The notes: generated from the letters alone by a model not told the origin. Positions 19,734-29,459 are shown, numbered from the stretch's first letter. The stretch is DNA of 64,000 nt from Dehalococcoidia bacterium (GCA_030602785.1 JAUVZB010000007.1:1420-65419); one strand, 5' to 3'. A program made the numbers and translations.

Positions 19734-21046
19734 GAGACACACCTCACATCAATCTTGCCGGTGACCGCCGCTGTGACGAGAGCCATGCGATACTCGCGGA
19801 GCACGTCCATGCTCTCGATCGCCTTAGTCAACAGACGCTCATCTTTCGCTGCGGCTTTCGAGAGCCACGAGAGAATCTGCTCCTGTTCGCCAACGGGCGG
19901 CACCGGGAGTCGAACCGACCTCAATGACTCGGAATAGACCACATCTATTGTTGTAGCATTGCTGATGAGTCGTAGTTGAAGCAGTACAATGCCCCCGTCT
20001 TGTATCAATGTGCTGAGATACTGTGGCAGAAGAATCGCTGCATTCGTTTGGATTCTCATCAGGCACGGATGTAGGATTCCCAGTTCGGCGCCTTCCGGGA
20101 CAAGAGCACAACGGCCAATCGTGCCACGCGTAGTCACCAAGACATCACTCGGGAAGACCGTGAACCCCTGCAACTCTTGGTACTTGCTCTCAGTAACGTA
20201 GTTATCTCCAGACCGAAAGTCGCAATCCAAGACATTGCGCTGGTTGTAGACCTTTTTCGTCCCTGAAACCATCTCAGACGACAGCAGTTGACTTCCGAAA
20301 GGCCCAGTCTTCAGGGAACTACTGCCAGAACGCAAGGTGAATTTCAAGGGGAGAATCTTCCAGTGCTCCGGAATCTCGCCCAGCCATTCAACGCCAGAGT
20401 TCTTCATACTGGCAGCAGGATTGAGGCCCTTGGTGACAGCGTGGCTGATGATGGCACTCCGCCTTTCCCGAAGGAGTTGGATCTGCCGCTGCTTCTTCTC
20501 AATCAAAGCGTCAGTCCGTGCCGTCTCTCGGTCGAGGAAGGAGGAAATGGCGAGCTGTTCATCGAGAGGCGGGACAAGGACAGGAAGGCTGCCAATGAAA
20601 TCCCAACTTGCACGGGGCATCTTGGTGCCATAAGTGGACGAATCCACAACCGAAATGAAGTCGCGGTTGAGAAGGTAGTCGCGCAAGTACTGCTGCGAAG
20701 TTGCGTTCGGGCGAAGAACCAGCAGTTCACCGCTGCAGATTCCATCTCCCTCCGCAGCAAGAACCTTGGCAAGATATGGCCTAAGCTTGCCGAAGAGCAC
20801 ATCGCCGCATCTGTAGAGATTCGCTTGGCCATCACTGGAAGGCTCGCCATTGGGGGCAAGGCGCTTTCCTGTCCAAGATTCGATATGCTCAAGGCCGGTG
20901 TATGGCAAACCGGATTGGTCTCCCTCAACCTTCTGATTCATGAGAGCAGCACTGTACTTCAGACGACGGACGTCCCAATGCTCTGGTATCACTCCCAGCC
21001 ATTCGATACCAGAGGGCCTGCAATTCGGATATGCCAGTCTGCTCAT
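19730..21046 (-). CDS. hsdS: Type I RM specificity subunit
   Basis: Repeated SG(I/V)EWLG.IPEHW; two TRDs; PPLDEQ/PPVGEQ helices; AAVTGKIDVR. Confidence 0.95.
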   Translation of the reverse strand: MSRLAYPNCRPSGIEWLGVIPEHWDVRRLKYSAALMNQKVEGDQSGLPYTGLEHIESWTGKRLAPNGEPSSDGQANLYRCGDVLFGKLRPYLAKVLAAEGDGICSGELLVLRPNATSQQYLRDYLLNRDFISVVDSSTYGTKMPRASWDFIGSLPVLVPPLDEQLAISSFLDRETARTDALIEKKQRQIQLLRERRSAIISHAVTKGLNPAASMKNSGVEWLGEIPEHWKILPLKFTLRSGSSSLKTGPFGSQLLSSEMVSGTKKVYNQRNVLDCDFRSGDNYVTESKYQELQGFTVFPSDVLVTTRGTIGRCALVPEGAELGILHPCLMRIQTNAAILLPQYLSTLIQDGGIVLLQLRLISNATTIDVVYSESLRSVRLPVPPVGEQEQILSWLSKAAAKDERLLTKAIESMDVLREYRMALVTAAVTGKIDVRCVS

Positions 21047-23055
21047 TCCGTGACCTCCGACAGCATCTCCGCAATCTCATGCTCAATCCGCTTGAGTTCG
21101 ACTTCGATTTCCTCTATGGGGCGCGGCGGAACGTACTTGTAGAAATGGCGGTTGAAGCTAATTTCATAGCCGACCCTGGTCTTGGAATGGTCCACCCAGG
21201 CATCCGGTACATGCGGCAAGACCTCTCGGTGCATGTACTCGTCGACATCTTCTTTGAGAGGCACGTTTTCATAGTCGCGAAGCTCAGAGTCCGGTTCGGG
21301 ATTCCCCCTGGCATCAGTGCAGACATCGGCCGTCTCATCTCTCTCGGAGAGGGATGCCAGAATGGCCTTGAAGAGCGGCGCGGGTGCCACGAATCCGACA
21401 TTTCCGAAAGCGCCTCTCAGGCGTCTGACGAAGTCTGCCCGGTTCTTGATAGTTCCATCTGATTCCAGACCTCCCAGTGTATTGATGATGCGCCGTTGAA
21501 GTTGGCTACCTTTGGCATTTTCGGCTTCCGCAGCCGCCGTATCCTTTCGCTTCTTGCTGGTGGCGAGAGCAACGAAGGCAGGAGTCTCTCGTAGTCGCGC
21601 AAGGCGCTCAGCATCCACCGCGAAATTCAGCCGGACTGGCCGTTCCACGGTGATTCGGTGATAGCCGAAGTCGTCGTTCCCGAACACGCGGACATGCTCT
21701 CCATCCTGAAAGGAGCCATAGAGCCGAGTGATGTCATCGCGCTGACCCTCGCAGACCTCGTTTCGCTTGTTCCCGAGTGACTTGCGCATCTTCTTGAAGA
21801 AGCTGGCGCCATCTACGAGCTGAATCTTGCCCCTTCGGCCTGGCTCCTTGCGGTTGGTCACCACCCAGAGATAGGTGTAGATGCCTGTGTTGTAGAAAAG
21901 CTGGTCGGGAAGTGCCACAATCGCCTCAAGCCAGTCATTCTCGATAATCCAACGCCGGATTTCGCTTTCGCCCGAGCCCGCCGCGCCGGTGAACAACGGC
22001 GACCCGTTGAACACAATGACCAGACGCGTGCCGTCCTCCTTCGTAGCCTTCAGCTTGCTGATCATGTGCTGCAGGAACAGAAGCGACCCATCGTTTATTC
22101 GCGGAAGCCCTGCGCCAAAACGGCCACCGAAGCCCTGCTCCTCGTGCTCCCGCTTGATGAAGTCGGCTTCCGGCTTCCACTCCACACCGAAGGGAGGATT
22201 CGCCAGCATGTAGTCGAACTTCTTGGTCGGGAATCGATCCTCCGTGAAGCTGTCGCCGAAGGCGATGTGCTCGATGTCCTGGCGCTTAATCATCATGTCG
22301 GAGCCACAGATGGCATACGCCTGCTCGTTGTAGTCCTGGCCGAAGACCTCAAGCGTGGCATCGGGATTGAGTTCTCGAACGTATTCCCCAGCCACGGACA
22401 ACATACCGCCGGTGCCGCATGCGGGATCGTAGAGCGTCTTCACGATGCCCTTCGTGGTCAGAATGTCAGCGTCCGGCATGAACAGGAGGTTCACCATGAG
22501 GCGTATGACTTCGCGAGGCGTGAAATGGTCGCCAGCCTCTTCATTCGACGCCTCGTTGAATCGCCTGATGAGTTCCTCGAAGATGTAGCCCATCTCGATG
22601 TTCGACACCTTGTCCGGGTGCAGATCGACGTCACAGAATTTCGAGACAACCAGGAACAGCCTGTCAGCCTTGTCGAGCCTGGCAATGTGCTCTTCGAAGC
22701 CGAACTGTTTGATGATGTCACGCGCAAGAGGTGAGAAACCGTTGATGTGGTTGATGAGGTTTAGTGCGATATTGGTAGAGTCGCCCTTCAGCTTCTCAAA
22801 CGTGTAGCGGCTTGTGTTGTAGAAAGGAACGCCCGACACGCGGCAGAGGAAGGGGCCGACGTCTTTCACCTTGCCAGCCTCACGCCTCTGCAGCTCTGCG
22901 AGTACCGCATCCTTAGTGGGTTCGAGAACGCAGTCGAGCCGCCTGAGCACAGTCAATGGCAACATGACGTCCTTGTACTGGTTCGGCCGGTACGGCCCAC
23001 GAAGCAGGTCTGCCACTGACCAGATGAAACCCACTCTGTTGTTGAATTCAGCCAT
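21043..23055 (-). CDS. hsdM: Type I RM N6-adenine methyltransferase
   Basis: FIWSVADLLRG, GDHFTPREV, YDPACGTGG, ANPPFG, LPDQLFYNTGI. Confidence 0.96.
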   Translation of the reverse strand: MAEFNNRVGFIWSVADLLRGPYRPNQYKDVMLPLTVLRRLDCVLEPTKDAVLAELQRREAGKVKDVGPFLCRVSGVPFYNTSRYTFEKLKGDSTNIALNLINHINGFSPLARDIIKQFGFEEHIARLDKADRLFLVVSKFCDVDLHPDKVSNIEMGYIFEELIRRFNEASNEEAGDHFTPREVIRLMVNLLFMPDADILTTKGIVKTLYDPACGTGGMLSVAGEYVRELNPDATLEVFGQDYNEQAYAICGSDMMIKRQDIEHIAFGDSFTEDRFPTKKFDYMLANPPFGVEWKPEADFIKREHEEQGFGGRFGAGLPRINDGSLLFLQHMISKLKATKEDGTRLVIVFNGSPLFTGAAGSGESEIRRWIIENDWLEAIVALPDQLFYNTGIYTYLWVVTNRKEPGRRGKIQLVDGASFFKKMRKSLGNKRNEVCEGQRDDITRLYGSFQDGEHVRVFGNDDFGYHRITVERPVRLNFAVDAERLARLRETPAFVALATSKKRKDTAAAEAENAKGSQLQRRIINTLGGLESDGTIKNRADFVRRLRGAFGNVGFVAPAPLFKAILASLSERDETADVCTDARGNPEPDSELRDYENVPLKEDVDEYMHREVLPHVPDAWVDHSKTRVGYEISFNRHFYKYVPPRPIEEIEVELKRIEHEIAEMLSEVTE

Positions 23056-23430
23056 AAAGAATGTCTCCTCATGAAACCACGCTGCCATTTCATGGACACA
23101 AGCGCGGTGTTTCCGTGGCTCGACTGGGGAGCAATCTCACGAGTGTGTTGGAGTCTAGACGAAACCTGCGGAAGGGGCAATAGGCTAAATTGCGGCAGAG
23201 AAGGTGTTGCCGAAAGGAACATGAGTTTCGCGAACGGGAGAGTACGTGCAAGTGATTCGGGCACGATGCATCATCCCCCCCCTCGCCTCGCCGCAACTTC
23301 CGGTCGCGCTTGCCCTTGTGACGCGCGCGGACTGATGGTCTGAAAGCTCTCAGCACACGGGCGAGTTCTGGCAGGACCGTTCGCCCCTGCCTTTCGAATC
23401 TGTTCTTGCTCCAGTGCGAAGGGTGGGCGT

Positions 23431-23465
23431 TTGCGCGGCTCGCGGGGCTGCGTTACTATGCAGCT
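23431..23465 (+). promoter_or_regulatory. Sigma70-type promoter, probably leaderless, of rel
   Basis: TTGCGC-N17-TACTAT-N6-ATG; no SD. Confidence 0.6.
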
Positions 23466-25631
23466 ATGGACGTGGAAGCGCTGCTCACCGAAGCGCGAAC
23501 GTACATCCCTCTGGAGAAGCTGGATCTTATCAGGTCGGCGTACGAGTTCGCGTCCAAGGCTCACGAGGGGCAGGTGCGGGCGTCGGGCGAACCGTATCTT
23601 AATCATCCTCTCAATGTCTCGATGACGCTGGTTGAGCTGCAGCTTGATGCGGCAACAGTAGCGGCAGCCCTGCTGCACGACGTTGTCGAGGACTGTGATG
23701 TGCGACTGGAGGAGATTGAGTCGCTCTTCGGAAGTGATGTGGCGAGGCTCGTCGACGGCGTCACCAAACTGAGGCGCCTCACGAATCGTAGCGAAGAGAA
23801 GGAAATCAGCTCCAGAATTCAGTCGGAGAACCTCCGCAAGCTGCTGATGGCGACCGCGGAGGACCACAGGGTTGTGCTGATCAAGCTTGCCGACAGGCTG
23901 CATAACATGCGGACGCTCGGCGCGCTGCCGCTGGGACGTCGGCGAGTAATCGCCCGGCAGACGCTCGACGTGTATGCTCCGCTGGCCCACAGACTCGGCC
24001 TCAGGCGCATGAAATGGCAGCTTGAGGACCTTGCGTTTCGCCACCTTGAGCCGAAGCAGTACAGGCGTTTCTCCCGGCTCATAGCGACGAAGCGGGCAGA
24101 GCGCGACGGTTTCGTCGAGGAGGCCATGGAGACCCTGAGCGCGGCGTTGAAAGATGGAGGGGTGGAGGCCCGCGTGCTCGGCCGCCCCAAGCACATCTAC
24201 AGTACGTATCTGAAGGCCATGCGCTATGCCGATCAGGGGAAGAACTTCGGCGATATTCACGACCTGTTCGCGCTCCGGGTTCTGGTTGAGAGCGTGCCTG
24301 ACTGCTACAAGGCGCTGGGAAGCGTCCACAATATCTGGCACCCGATAATCGAGGAGTTCAACGACTACATCGCGAACCCCAAGGAGAACGGCTACCAGTC
24401 ACTCCACACGACCGTGTTCTGCAAGGGGACCACGCCCATCGAGGTGCAGATCAGGACCTATGAGATGAACCAGGTGGCAGCCTTCGGCGTCGCGGCGCAC
24501 TGGCACTACAAGGAAGGTGGCAAGCCCGACTCGACGGATGCCCGCATGGCATGGTTGCAGGAGCTGACTGAGCGGAGGGACGAACTCGACAGCGAGGAAT
24601 TCGTTGAGTCGCTGAAGACCGATGTTCTCACGGACCAGGTCTTTGTCTACACGCCGAAGGGCGAGATAAAGGACCTGCCTCGAGGCGCCACTCCGCTGGA
24701 CTTCGCCTTCAGGATTCACACGGACCTCGGCTACCGCTGCATCGGCGCCAAGGTGAACGGGAAACTGGTGCAGCTGAGCCAGGCCCTGCGCAACGGAGAC
24801 GTGATTGAAATCGTCGCGGCCAAGACCGAGCGGGGGCCCAGCCTCGACTGGCTGAACCCCGAGCTGGGCTACGTCAAGACCTCACATGCCCAGAGCAAGG
24901 TGCGGCAGTGGTTCAACAGGCAGGAGCGGGGTCAGGGTATCGAGACAGGGCGGCAGATGCTCGATCGTGGACTCAGCCGCCTGGGCATCGCTGCACCGCG
25001 TGCAGAGAAGCTGGCGGGCAAGCTGGGCTACACGAGTGCCGATGATTTCTACCTCGCCATCGGTCGTGGCAGCCTCTCCGTGTCGCAGGTCGCGGTCAAG
25101 CTGGGCACGGACATCGAGACGCCGGAGAAGAAAGTCGAGATATCTGCGCCGACGAAGGTCAGTCCGGGAAGCATCCGGGTTCTTGGCGTTGGAAACCTGT
25201 ACACACGCATGGCCAACTGCTGCAGTCCCTTGCCCGGCGACGAGATAATCGGGTATATTACACAGGGTCGCGGCGTCACCATCCATCGCAAGGACTGTTC
25301 CAACGTCATCAACGAGGTGGAGAAGGAACGTCTTGTCGCCGTTGACTGGGGCACCGTTGAGCAGGTCTACCCTGTCAAGTTGCGCATAGAAGCGTGGGAC
25401 AGGCTGGGGCTTGTTCGCGACATCAGTTCCGTCATTGCAGAGGCGGAGATTAACATCACCGATGTGGGCTTCGTCAGGGATGAGGGAGGGGTGTCCATTC
25501 TCAATGTGGACATCGAGGTGAAGAGCACTGCGCAGCTTAGCAGGCTAGTCGCCAGGCTCCAGTCGCTGTGGAGTGTTATCAACGTGATAAGAAAAGGAGA
25601 GACCATTGTCAGAGAGCAAGTCAGCAGATAA
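23466..25631 (+). CDS. rel: Bifunctional (p)ppGpp synthetase/hydrolase (RelA/SpoT)
   Basis: R.SGEPY..HP, LLHDVVED, KLADRLHNMRT, DYIANPKENGYQSLHT, TGS (DFAFRIHT), CC motif, ACT domain. Confidence 0.96.
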   Translation: MDVEALLTEARTYIPLEKLDLIRSAYEFASKAHEGQVRASGEPYLNHPLNVSMTLVELQLDAATVAAALLHDVVEDCDVRLEEIESLFGSDVARLVDGVTKLRRLTNRSEEKEISSRIQSENLRKLLMATAEDHRVVLIKLADRLHNMRTLGALPLGRRRVIARQTLDVYAPLAHRLGLRRMKWQLEDLAFRHLEPKQYRRFSRLIATKRAERDGFVEEAMETLSAALKDGGVEARVLGRPKHIYSTYLKAMRYADQGKNFGDIHDLFALRVLVESVPDCYKALGSVHNIWHPIIEEFNDYIANPKENGYQSLHTTVFCKGTTPIEVQIRTYEMNQVAAFGVAAHWHYKEGGKPDSTDARMAWLQELTERRDELDSEEFVESLKTDVLTDQVFVYTPKGEIKDLPRGATPLDFAFRIHTDLGYRCIGAKVNGKLVQLSQALRNGDVIEIVAAKTERGPSLDWLNPELGYVKTSHAQSKVRQWFNRQERGQGIETGRQMLDRGLSRLGIAAPRAEKLAGKLGYTSADDFYLAIGRGSLSVSQVAVKLGTDIETPEKKVEISAPTKVSPGSIRVLGVGNLYTRMANCCSPLPGDEIIGYITQGRGVTIHRKDCSNVINEVEKERLVAVDWGTVEQVYPVKLRIEAWDRLGLVRDISSVIAEAEINITDVGFVRDEGGVSILNVDIEVKSTAQLSRLVARLQSLWSVINVIRKGETIVREQVSR

Positions 25632-25887
25632 GACTGCTCGGGCACAGGAGAAGAGGCGCATTCGCAATCGCGTGATTCGCGGCAAAACGCGTACTCTGCT
25701 ACGGAGTGCTCGTCAGGGTGTTGCAGGGGGAGACGTCGATCAGGCGCGAGACGCTGCGGCGGCTGCGATAGCGGGCCTGAATCGTGCCGGGACGAAGGGC
25801 TTGTTTCACAAGAACAAGGTGGCGAGACTGAAGTCCCGGCTGTCGAAGCACGTGAACGCGCTGGAAGCGAAGGGCGACGTAGAGTAG
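25606..25887 (+). CDS. rpsT: 30S ribosomal protein S20
   Basis: KSA.K..R..EKRR.RNR, KGLFHKNKVARLKSRL; TTG start after SD AAAGGAG, overlapping rel 3' end. Confidence 0.9.
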   Translation: MSESKSADKTARAQEKRRIRNRVIRGKTRTLLRSARQGVAGGDVDQARDAAAAAIAGLNRAGTKGLFHKNKVARLKSRLSKHVNALEAKGDVE

Positions 25888-25906
25888 GGCTGCGGTCACT
25901 CAGCGA

Positions 25907-26521
25907 GTGCAGCCCGTGCGGGGAACTGACTCGAAGGGGAGGAAGACTCCCCCTGAGAGGTATCGGAAGCTCGTGTTCTCTCAATTCGCCACTGTGGGCC
26001 GTGCCCTCTTCGATGAGGGACTCGTATCCTCGCACGGTGGTAACCTCAGCATACGGCAGGGCGCCCGCCTTTTCATCACGCATCGCGGGTGTCCGCTCGG
26101 CACTATTGGGAGGGCGGACGTGGTGGAGACTCGCCTCGACCGAAACACCAGGAGCACACCACGCGCCTCGAGCGAATTGCCCGTTCATAGAGCAATCTAC
26201 TTCAAGACGCCTGCCCAGGCCATCGTTCACGCCCACCCCAGCCATGCGGTGGCCCTCACTTTTGTGGAGCACGAACTTGTGCCCAACGATATCGAGGGGC
26301 GTATCACGCTGCCACGCGTGCCTATCGTGGGGCAGGAGTACCTTTCGGGTCCGGGGGAGTTGTGCGACGAGATCGCGGAGGCACTCTGCCATTCCAGAGT
26401 AGTACTCGTGAAGGGGCATGGCAGTTTTGCCATCGCCCAACTCCTTGAGGAAGCCTACTACCTTACCAGTATCCTGGAGCAGAGTTGCCGCATCCTCTTC
26501 CTTCTTCGCGCCCTGCGATAG
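25907..26521 (+). CDS. Class II aldolase/adducin family protein
   Basis: GGNLS, ASSELPVHRAIY, IVHAHP, VKGHG; start uncertain. Confidence 0.88.
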   Translation: MQPVRGTDSKGRKTPPERYRKLVFSQFATVGRALFDEGLVSSHGGNLSIRQGARLFITHRGCPLGTIGRADVVETRLDRNTRSTPRASSELPVHRAIYFKTPAQAIVHAHPSHAVALTFVEHELVPNDIEGRITLPRVPIVGQEYLSGPGELCDEIAEALCHSRVVLVKGHGSFAIAQLLEEAYYLTSILEQSCRILFLLRALR

Positions 26522-26591
26522 AAGAGCGTGATGCGCGTCCTCGCAGTCGCTGCCCAGGGGCCCTTGGCCTCCCGGGCTACTTCCCGATTGA

Positions 26592-27509
26592 CTACTCAGG
26601 CTTCAGGAACGTGTACCACTCGGAGTACTTGGGGTTCCTGCCGAGAGTCACCTGAGTGTAGAGTTCCCGCAGCTTCGCGGCCAGAGGGCCGGTCTCGCCG
26701 TCGCCGATGGGCCTGTGGTCGAGCTCGACGACAGGAGCCACGTTTGTGGCAGTTCCGGTGAAGAACACCTCGTCGGCTACGTAGAGCTCGCTTCGGTCTA
26801 TGCTGCGTTCGACAGTCTCGATGCCGAGCTCGTTCCTCGCGAGTTGCATGACCGTGTCTCGGGTGATGCCAAGCAGGATACTGTCATAAGGAGGGGGAGT
26901 GATGAGCTGCCCTTTGATGACAACGAAGAGGTTCTCTCCAGTTCCCTCCGCCACGTGGCCTCGCTCGTTCATCATGATGGCCTCATCGAAGCCCGCTCGG
27001 TTCGCATCGGTCTTCGCCAGCGCGCTGTTCACGTAGAGACCGGTGATCTTCCCCCGCGGCGATATCTGGCTGTCGCTCACGCGCCTCCAGGATGACGTGC
27101 AGCAGCGGATGCCGCCGGTGCCGAGGTATGCAGGGAGGGTCGTCGCGATGACGAAGAAGCCGTCATCCAGGTCGTGGAGCTTCACTCCAATGGCCTCGGA
27201 TGACTTGTAGGCGAGGGGCCGACAGTACACGTTCTCCTTGAATCCGGTCAGTCTCACGGTCTCGACCGTAACCTCGGCCATCTTGTCCACATCGTAGGGC
27301 AGGTTGATGTTCAGAATCTTGCAGGCGTCGAGCTGCCTGCGGTAGTGGTCCTTGACCCTGAAGAGACAGAAGTGCTGCTTCTCCTCGTCCCAGAAACCTC
27401 TGATACCGCCGAAGCACGCGGTGCCGTAGTGCAGCGCCTGAGTCAGGATGCCCATCTTGGCATCTTTGAGGGGCATGAACTTGTCCTCGAAGAAGGCGTA
27501 GGGTTCCAT
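26592..27509 (-). CDS. ilvE: Branched-chain amino acid aminotransferase
   Basis: ALHYGTACFGG, YCRP, GKITGLY, AEGTGENLF, LLGITR, FTGTA. Confidence 0.93.
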   Translation of the reverse strand: MEPYAFFEDKFMPLKDAKMGILTQALHYGTACFGGIRGFWDEEKQHFCLFRVKDHYRRQLDACKILNINLPYDVDKMAEVTVETVRLTGFKENVYCRPLAYKSSEAIGVKLHDLDDGFFVIATTLPAYLGTGGIRCCTSSWRRVSDSQISPRGKITGLYVNSALAKTDANRAGFDEAIMMNERGHVAEGTGENLFVVIKGQLITPPPYDSILLGITRDTVMQLARNELGIETVERSIDRSELYVADEVFFTGTATNVAPVVELDHRPIGDGETGPLAAKLRELYTQVTLGRNPKYSEWYTFLKPE

Positions 27510-27651
27510 GTCGCTATGTTCCTCCCAATCGTTATTGTGGCTTGGGGCCGCATCTCCGCAGCGCTGCGCCAGTGCCTGGCGGCGGACCCTGCCGTATTGC
27601 TGCTGTCTGCTCTCCTGTCCCCCTTATCTTGGAGTTGCCTGGGAATAGCAG

Positions 27652-27675
27652 GAAGCCTCCCTTTCGGGAGGCCTC
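27652..27675 (-). terminator. Candidate attenuator hairpin upstream of ilvE
   Basis: GAGGCCTCCC-GAAA-GGGAGGCTTC on minus strand; weak U-tail. Confidence 0.55.
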
Positions 27676-27704
27676 TTCTCATTCTCCTGGATTCCTGAGT
27701 CTTT

Positions 27705-27806
27705 CTACTGTGTTGGCTGGAAGAGCCCCCCTCGCGCACCCGCAGTGCGCACGAGAATCATAACTGCTGCCAGCACAATCACGGGAGAAGCCCAGACTTT
27801 CATCAT
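27705..27806 (-). CDS. Putative ilvE leader peptide (33 aa, Val/Ile/Leu-rich)
   Basis: MMKVWASPVIVLAAVMILVRTAGARGGLFQPTQ followed by hairpin, upstream of ilvE. Confidence 0.6.
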   Translation of the reverse strand: MMKVWASPVIVLAAVMILVRTAGARGGLFQPTQ

Positions 27807-27870
27807 CAACCTGTCAACAGAGATGTATGGATTCGTATTCTAGACGCGCTGTTGCACGATGTCAACCACC

Positions 27871-28959
27871 TCACGAGAGTAGCTTCTCCACGACGAGGTC
27901 GCCCATCTCCTTCGTGCCTACCTTAGTGCTGCCTTCAGTCAGGATATCGACGGTCCGGTGGCCGGATTCGAGCACCGCCTGGACAGCGTCCTCGATGGCC
28001 TGCGCCTCTGTCTCAAGGTCGAGGGAGTAGCGGAGCAACAGGGCGGCGCTCAGTATCGCGGCCAGGGGGTTCGCAATTCCCTGACCCGCTATCGTCGGCG
28101 CCGAGCCATGGATGGGCTCGTAGAGTCCGAGAGTCCTTCCCGTCGGGAGGCCGCAGAGGCTTGCCGACGGCAGTAGCCCCATGGAACCGGCGAGCACGGC
28201 GGACTCATCGGTGAATATGTCGCCGAACACGTTGCCTGTCACGACCACATCGAACGCGGTCGGGTTCGTCACCAGCTGCATGGAGAACGTGTCCGCGAGC
28301 ATGTGGCTCAACTCGACGTCAGTGTATTCCTGTCCGACCTCTGTTGCGACCTGCCGCCACAGACGGGAACTGATGAGGGCGTTGAACTTGTCGACAGAGA
28401 CGACCCCTTTGCGGCGTCTACGGGCCAACTCGCAGGCAACGCGCACGATTCGCGCAATCTCCCTGTCAGAGTAGTCCATCGTGTCCACCGCCCGTCGTCC
28501 CTCCTCCGTCTCCCAGCGCTTCTTGGGCTGGCCGAAGTACAGCCCGCCCGCCAGCTCTCTCACGATGATGATGTCGGAGCCACGTACGATTTCGGGTCGT
28601 AGCGGGCTCTTCTCCGAGAGCATCGGAAACGCCCTCACGGGTCGAAGATTGGCAAACAGGTCCAGGGTTTTGCGCAGTCTGAAGAGCGCCTGCTCCGGTC
28701 GCAGGTCAACCTGGGGGTTGTCCCACTTCGGCCCTCCGACCGCACCGAACAGTATCGCGTCGGACTGCTGACACAGCGCAAGCGTCTCATCAGTCAGCGG
28801 AGAGCCCTGCGCATCGAGCGCCGCGCCTCCGGCCAGCCCCCGCGTGAACTCGAAACTGTGTCCGAAACGTCCTGCGACTGCGACGAGCGCCTTTTGTGCC
28901 TCTTCTGTCACCTCGGGCCCAATGCCGTCACCGGGAAGCACTGCAATCTTGAAGCTCAT
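27871..28959 (-). CDS. leuB: 3-isopropylmalate dehydrogenase
   Basis: LPGDGIGPEV, GAVGGPKWD, FANLRP, VRELAGGLYFG, GSMGLLPSAS, EPIHGSAP. Confidence 0.96.
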   Translation of the reverse strand: MSFKIAVLPGDGIGPEVTEEAQKALVAVAGRFGHSFEFTRGLAGGAALDAQGSPLTDETLALCQQSDAILFGAVGGPKWDNPQVDLRPEQALFRLRKTLDLFANLRPVRAFPMLSEKSPLRPEIVRGSDIIIVRELAGGLYFGQPKKRWETEEGRRAVDTMDYSDREIARIVRVACELARRRRKGVVSVDKFNALISSRLWRQVATEVGQEYTDVELSHMLADTFSMQLVTNPTAFDVVVTGNVFGDIFTDESAVLAGSMGLLPSASLCGLPTGRTLGLYEPIHGSAPTIAGQGIANPLAAILSAALLLRYSLDLETEAQAIEDAVQAVLESGHRTVDILTEGSTKVGTKEMGDLVVEKLLS

Positions 28960-29459
28960 GCGTGTCCGCCCTCCAATCTGCGTCTTGTGTACGGTATGAG
29001 GCCGCCGGCGTCGATGATGCCTGTCATGAACTCGGGGTAGGGTTTGGCTGTACAGGTTGTGCCCCTCGTCCGATTGGAAATCTCGCCTCGGGCCAGGTCG
29101 ACCTCCAGTATATCACCCGCCTCGCACGCATCGACAGCCTCGGGACACTCAAGCAGGGGGAGCCCTATGTTGATCGCGTTGCGGAAGAAGATGCGTGCGA
29201 AGCTGTGGGCGATGACGCAGGAGACGCCGCATGCTGCAAGGGCAATCGGCGCGTGCTCTCGCGAGGAGCCGCAGCCGAAGTTGGAAGTTGCTACGACGAT
29301 GTCGCTCTTGCTTATGCGCTGTCTGAACTCCGGGTCGATATCTTCCATGCAGTGCTCGGCAAGCAGTGCCGGGTCGGACACGTTGAGGTATCTGGCCGGA
29401 ATGATGGCATCCGTATCCACATCCGCACCGTACTTGTGCGCCTTGCCTCGAAGTATCAC
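28956..29459 (-). CDS. leuD: 3-isopropylmalate dehydratase small subunit
   Basis: VDTDAIIPARY, NFGCGSSREHA, SFARIFFRNAINIG. Confidence 0.95.
   Translation of the reverse strand: MILRGKAHKYGADVDTDAIIPARYLNVSDPALLAEHCMEDIDPEFRQRISKSDIVVATSNFGCGSSREHAPIALAACGVSCVIAHSFARIFFRNAINIGLPLLECPEAVDACEAGDILEVDLARGEISNRTRGTTCTAKPYPEFMTGIIDAGGLIPYTRRRLEGGHA

Noticed and set aside
18698-19742. Two independent hypothetical genes (180 aa and 267 aa) as in the ORF track
   Set aside because: They share QSPYARETT and fuse into one coupled ORF when 61 bp are removed.
19730-21046. Internal repeat in hsdS as a shufflon or phase-variable locus
   Set aside because: Ordinary two-TRD conserved repeats; no second hsdS, recombinase or inverted recombination sites seen.
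23056-23430. tRNA or att site at the RM island edge
   Set aside because: No cloverleaf or T-loop consensus, and no direct repeat shared with the left flank was seen.
27510-27870. T-box riboswitch upstream of ilvE or ilvB
   Set aside because: No TGGNACCGCG T-box sequence found on the coding strand; leader peptides explain the regions better.
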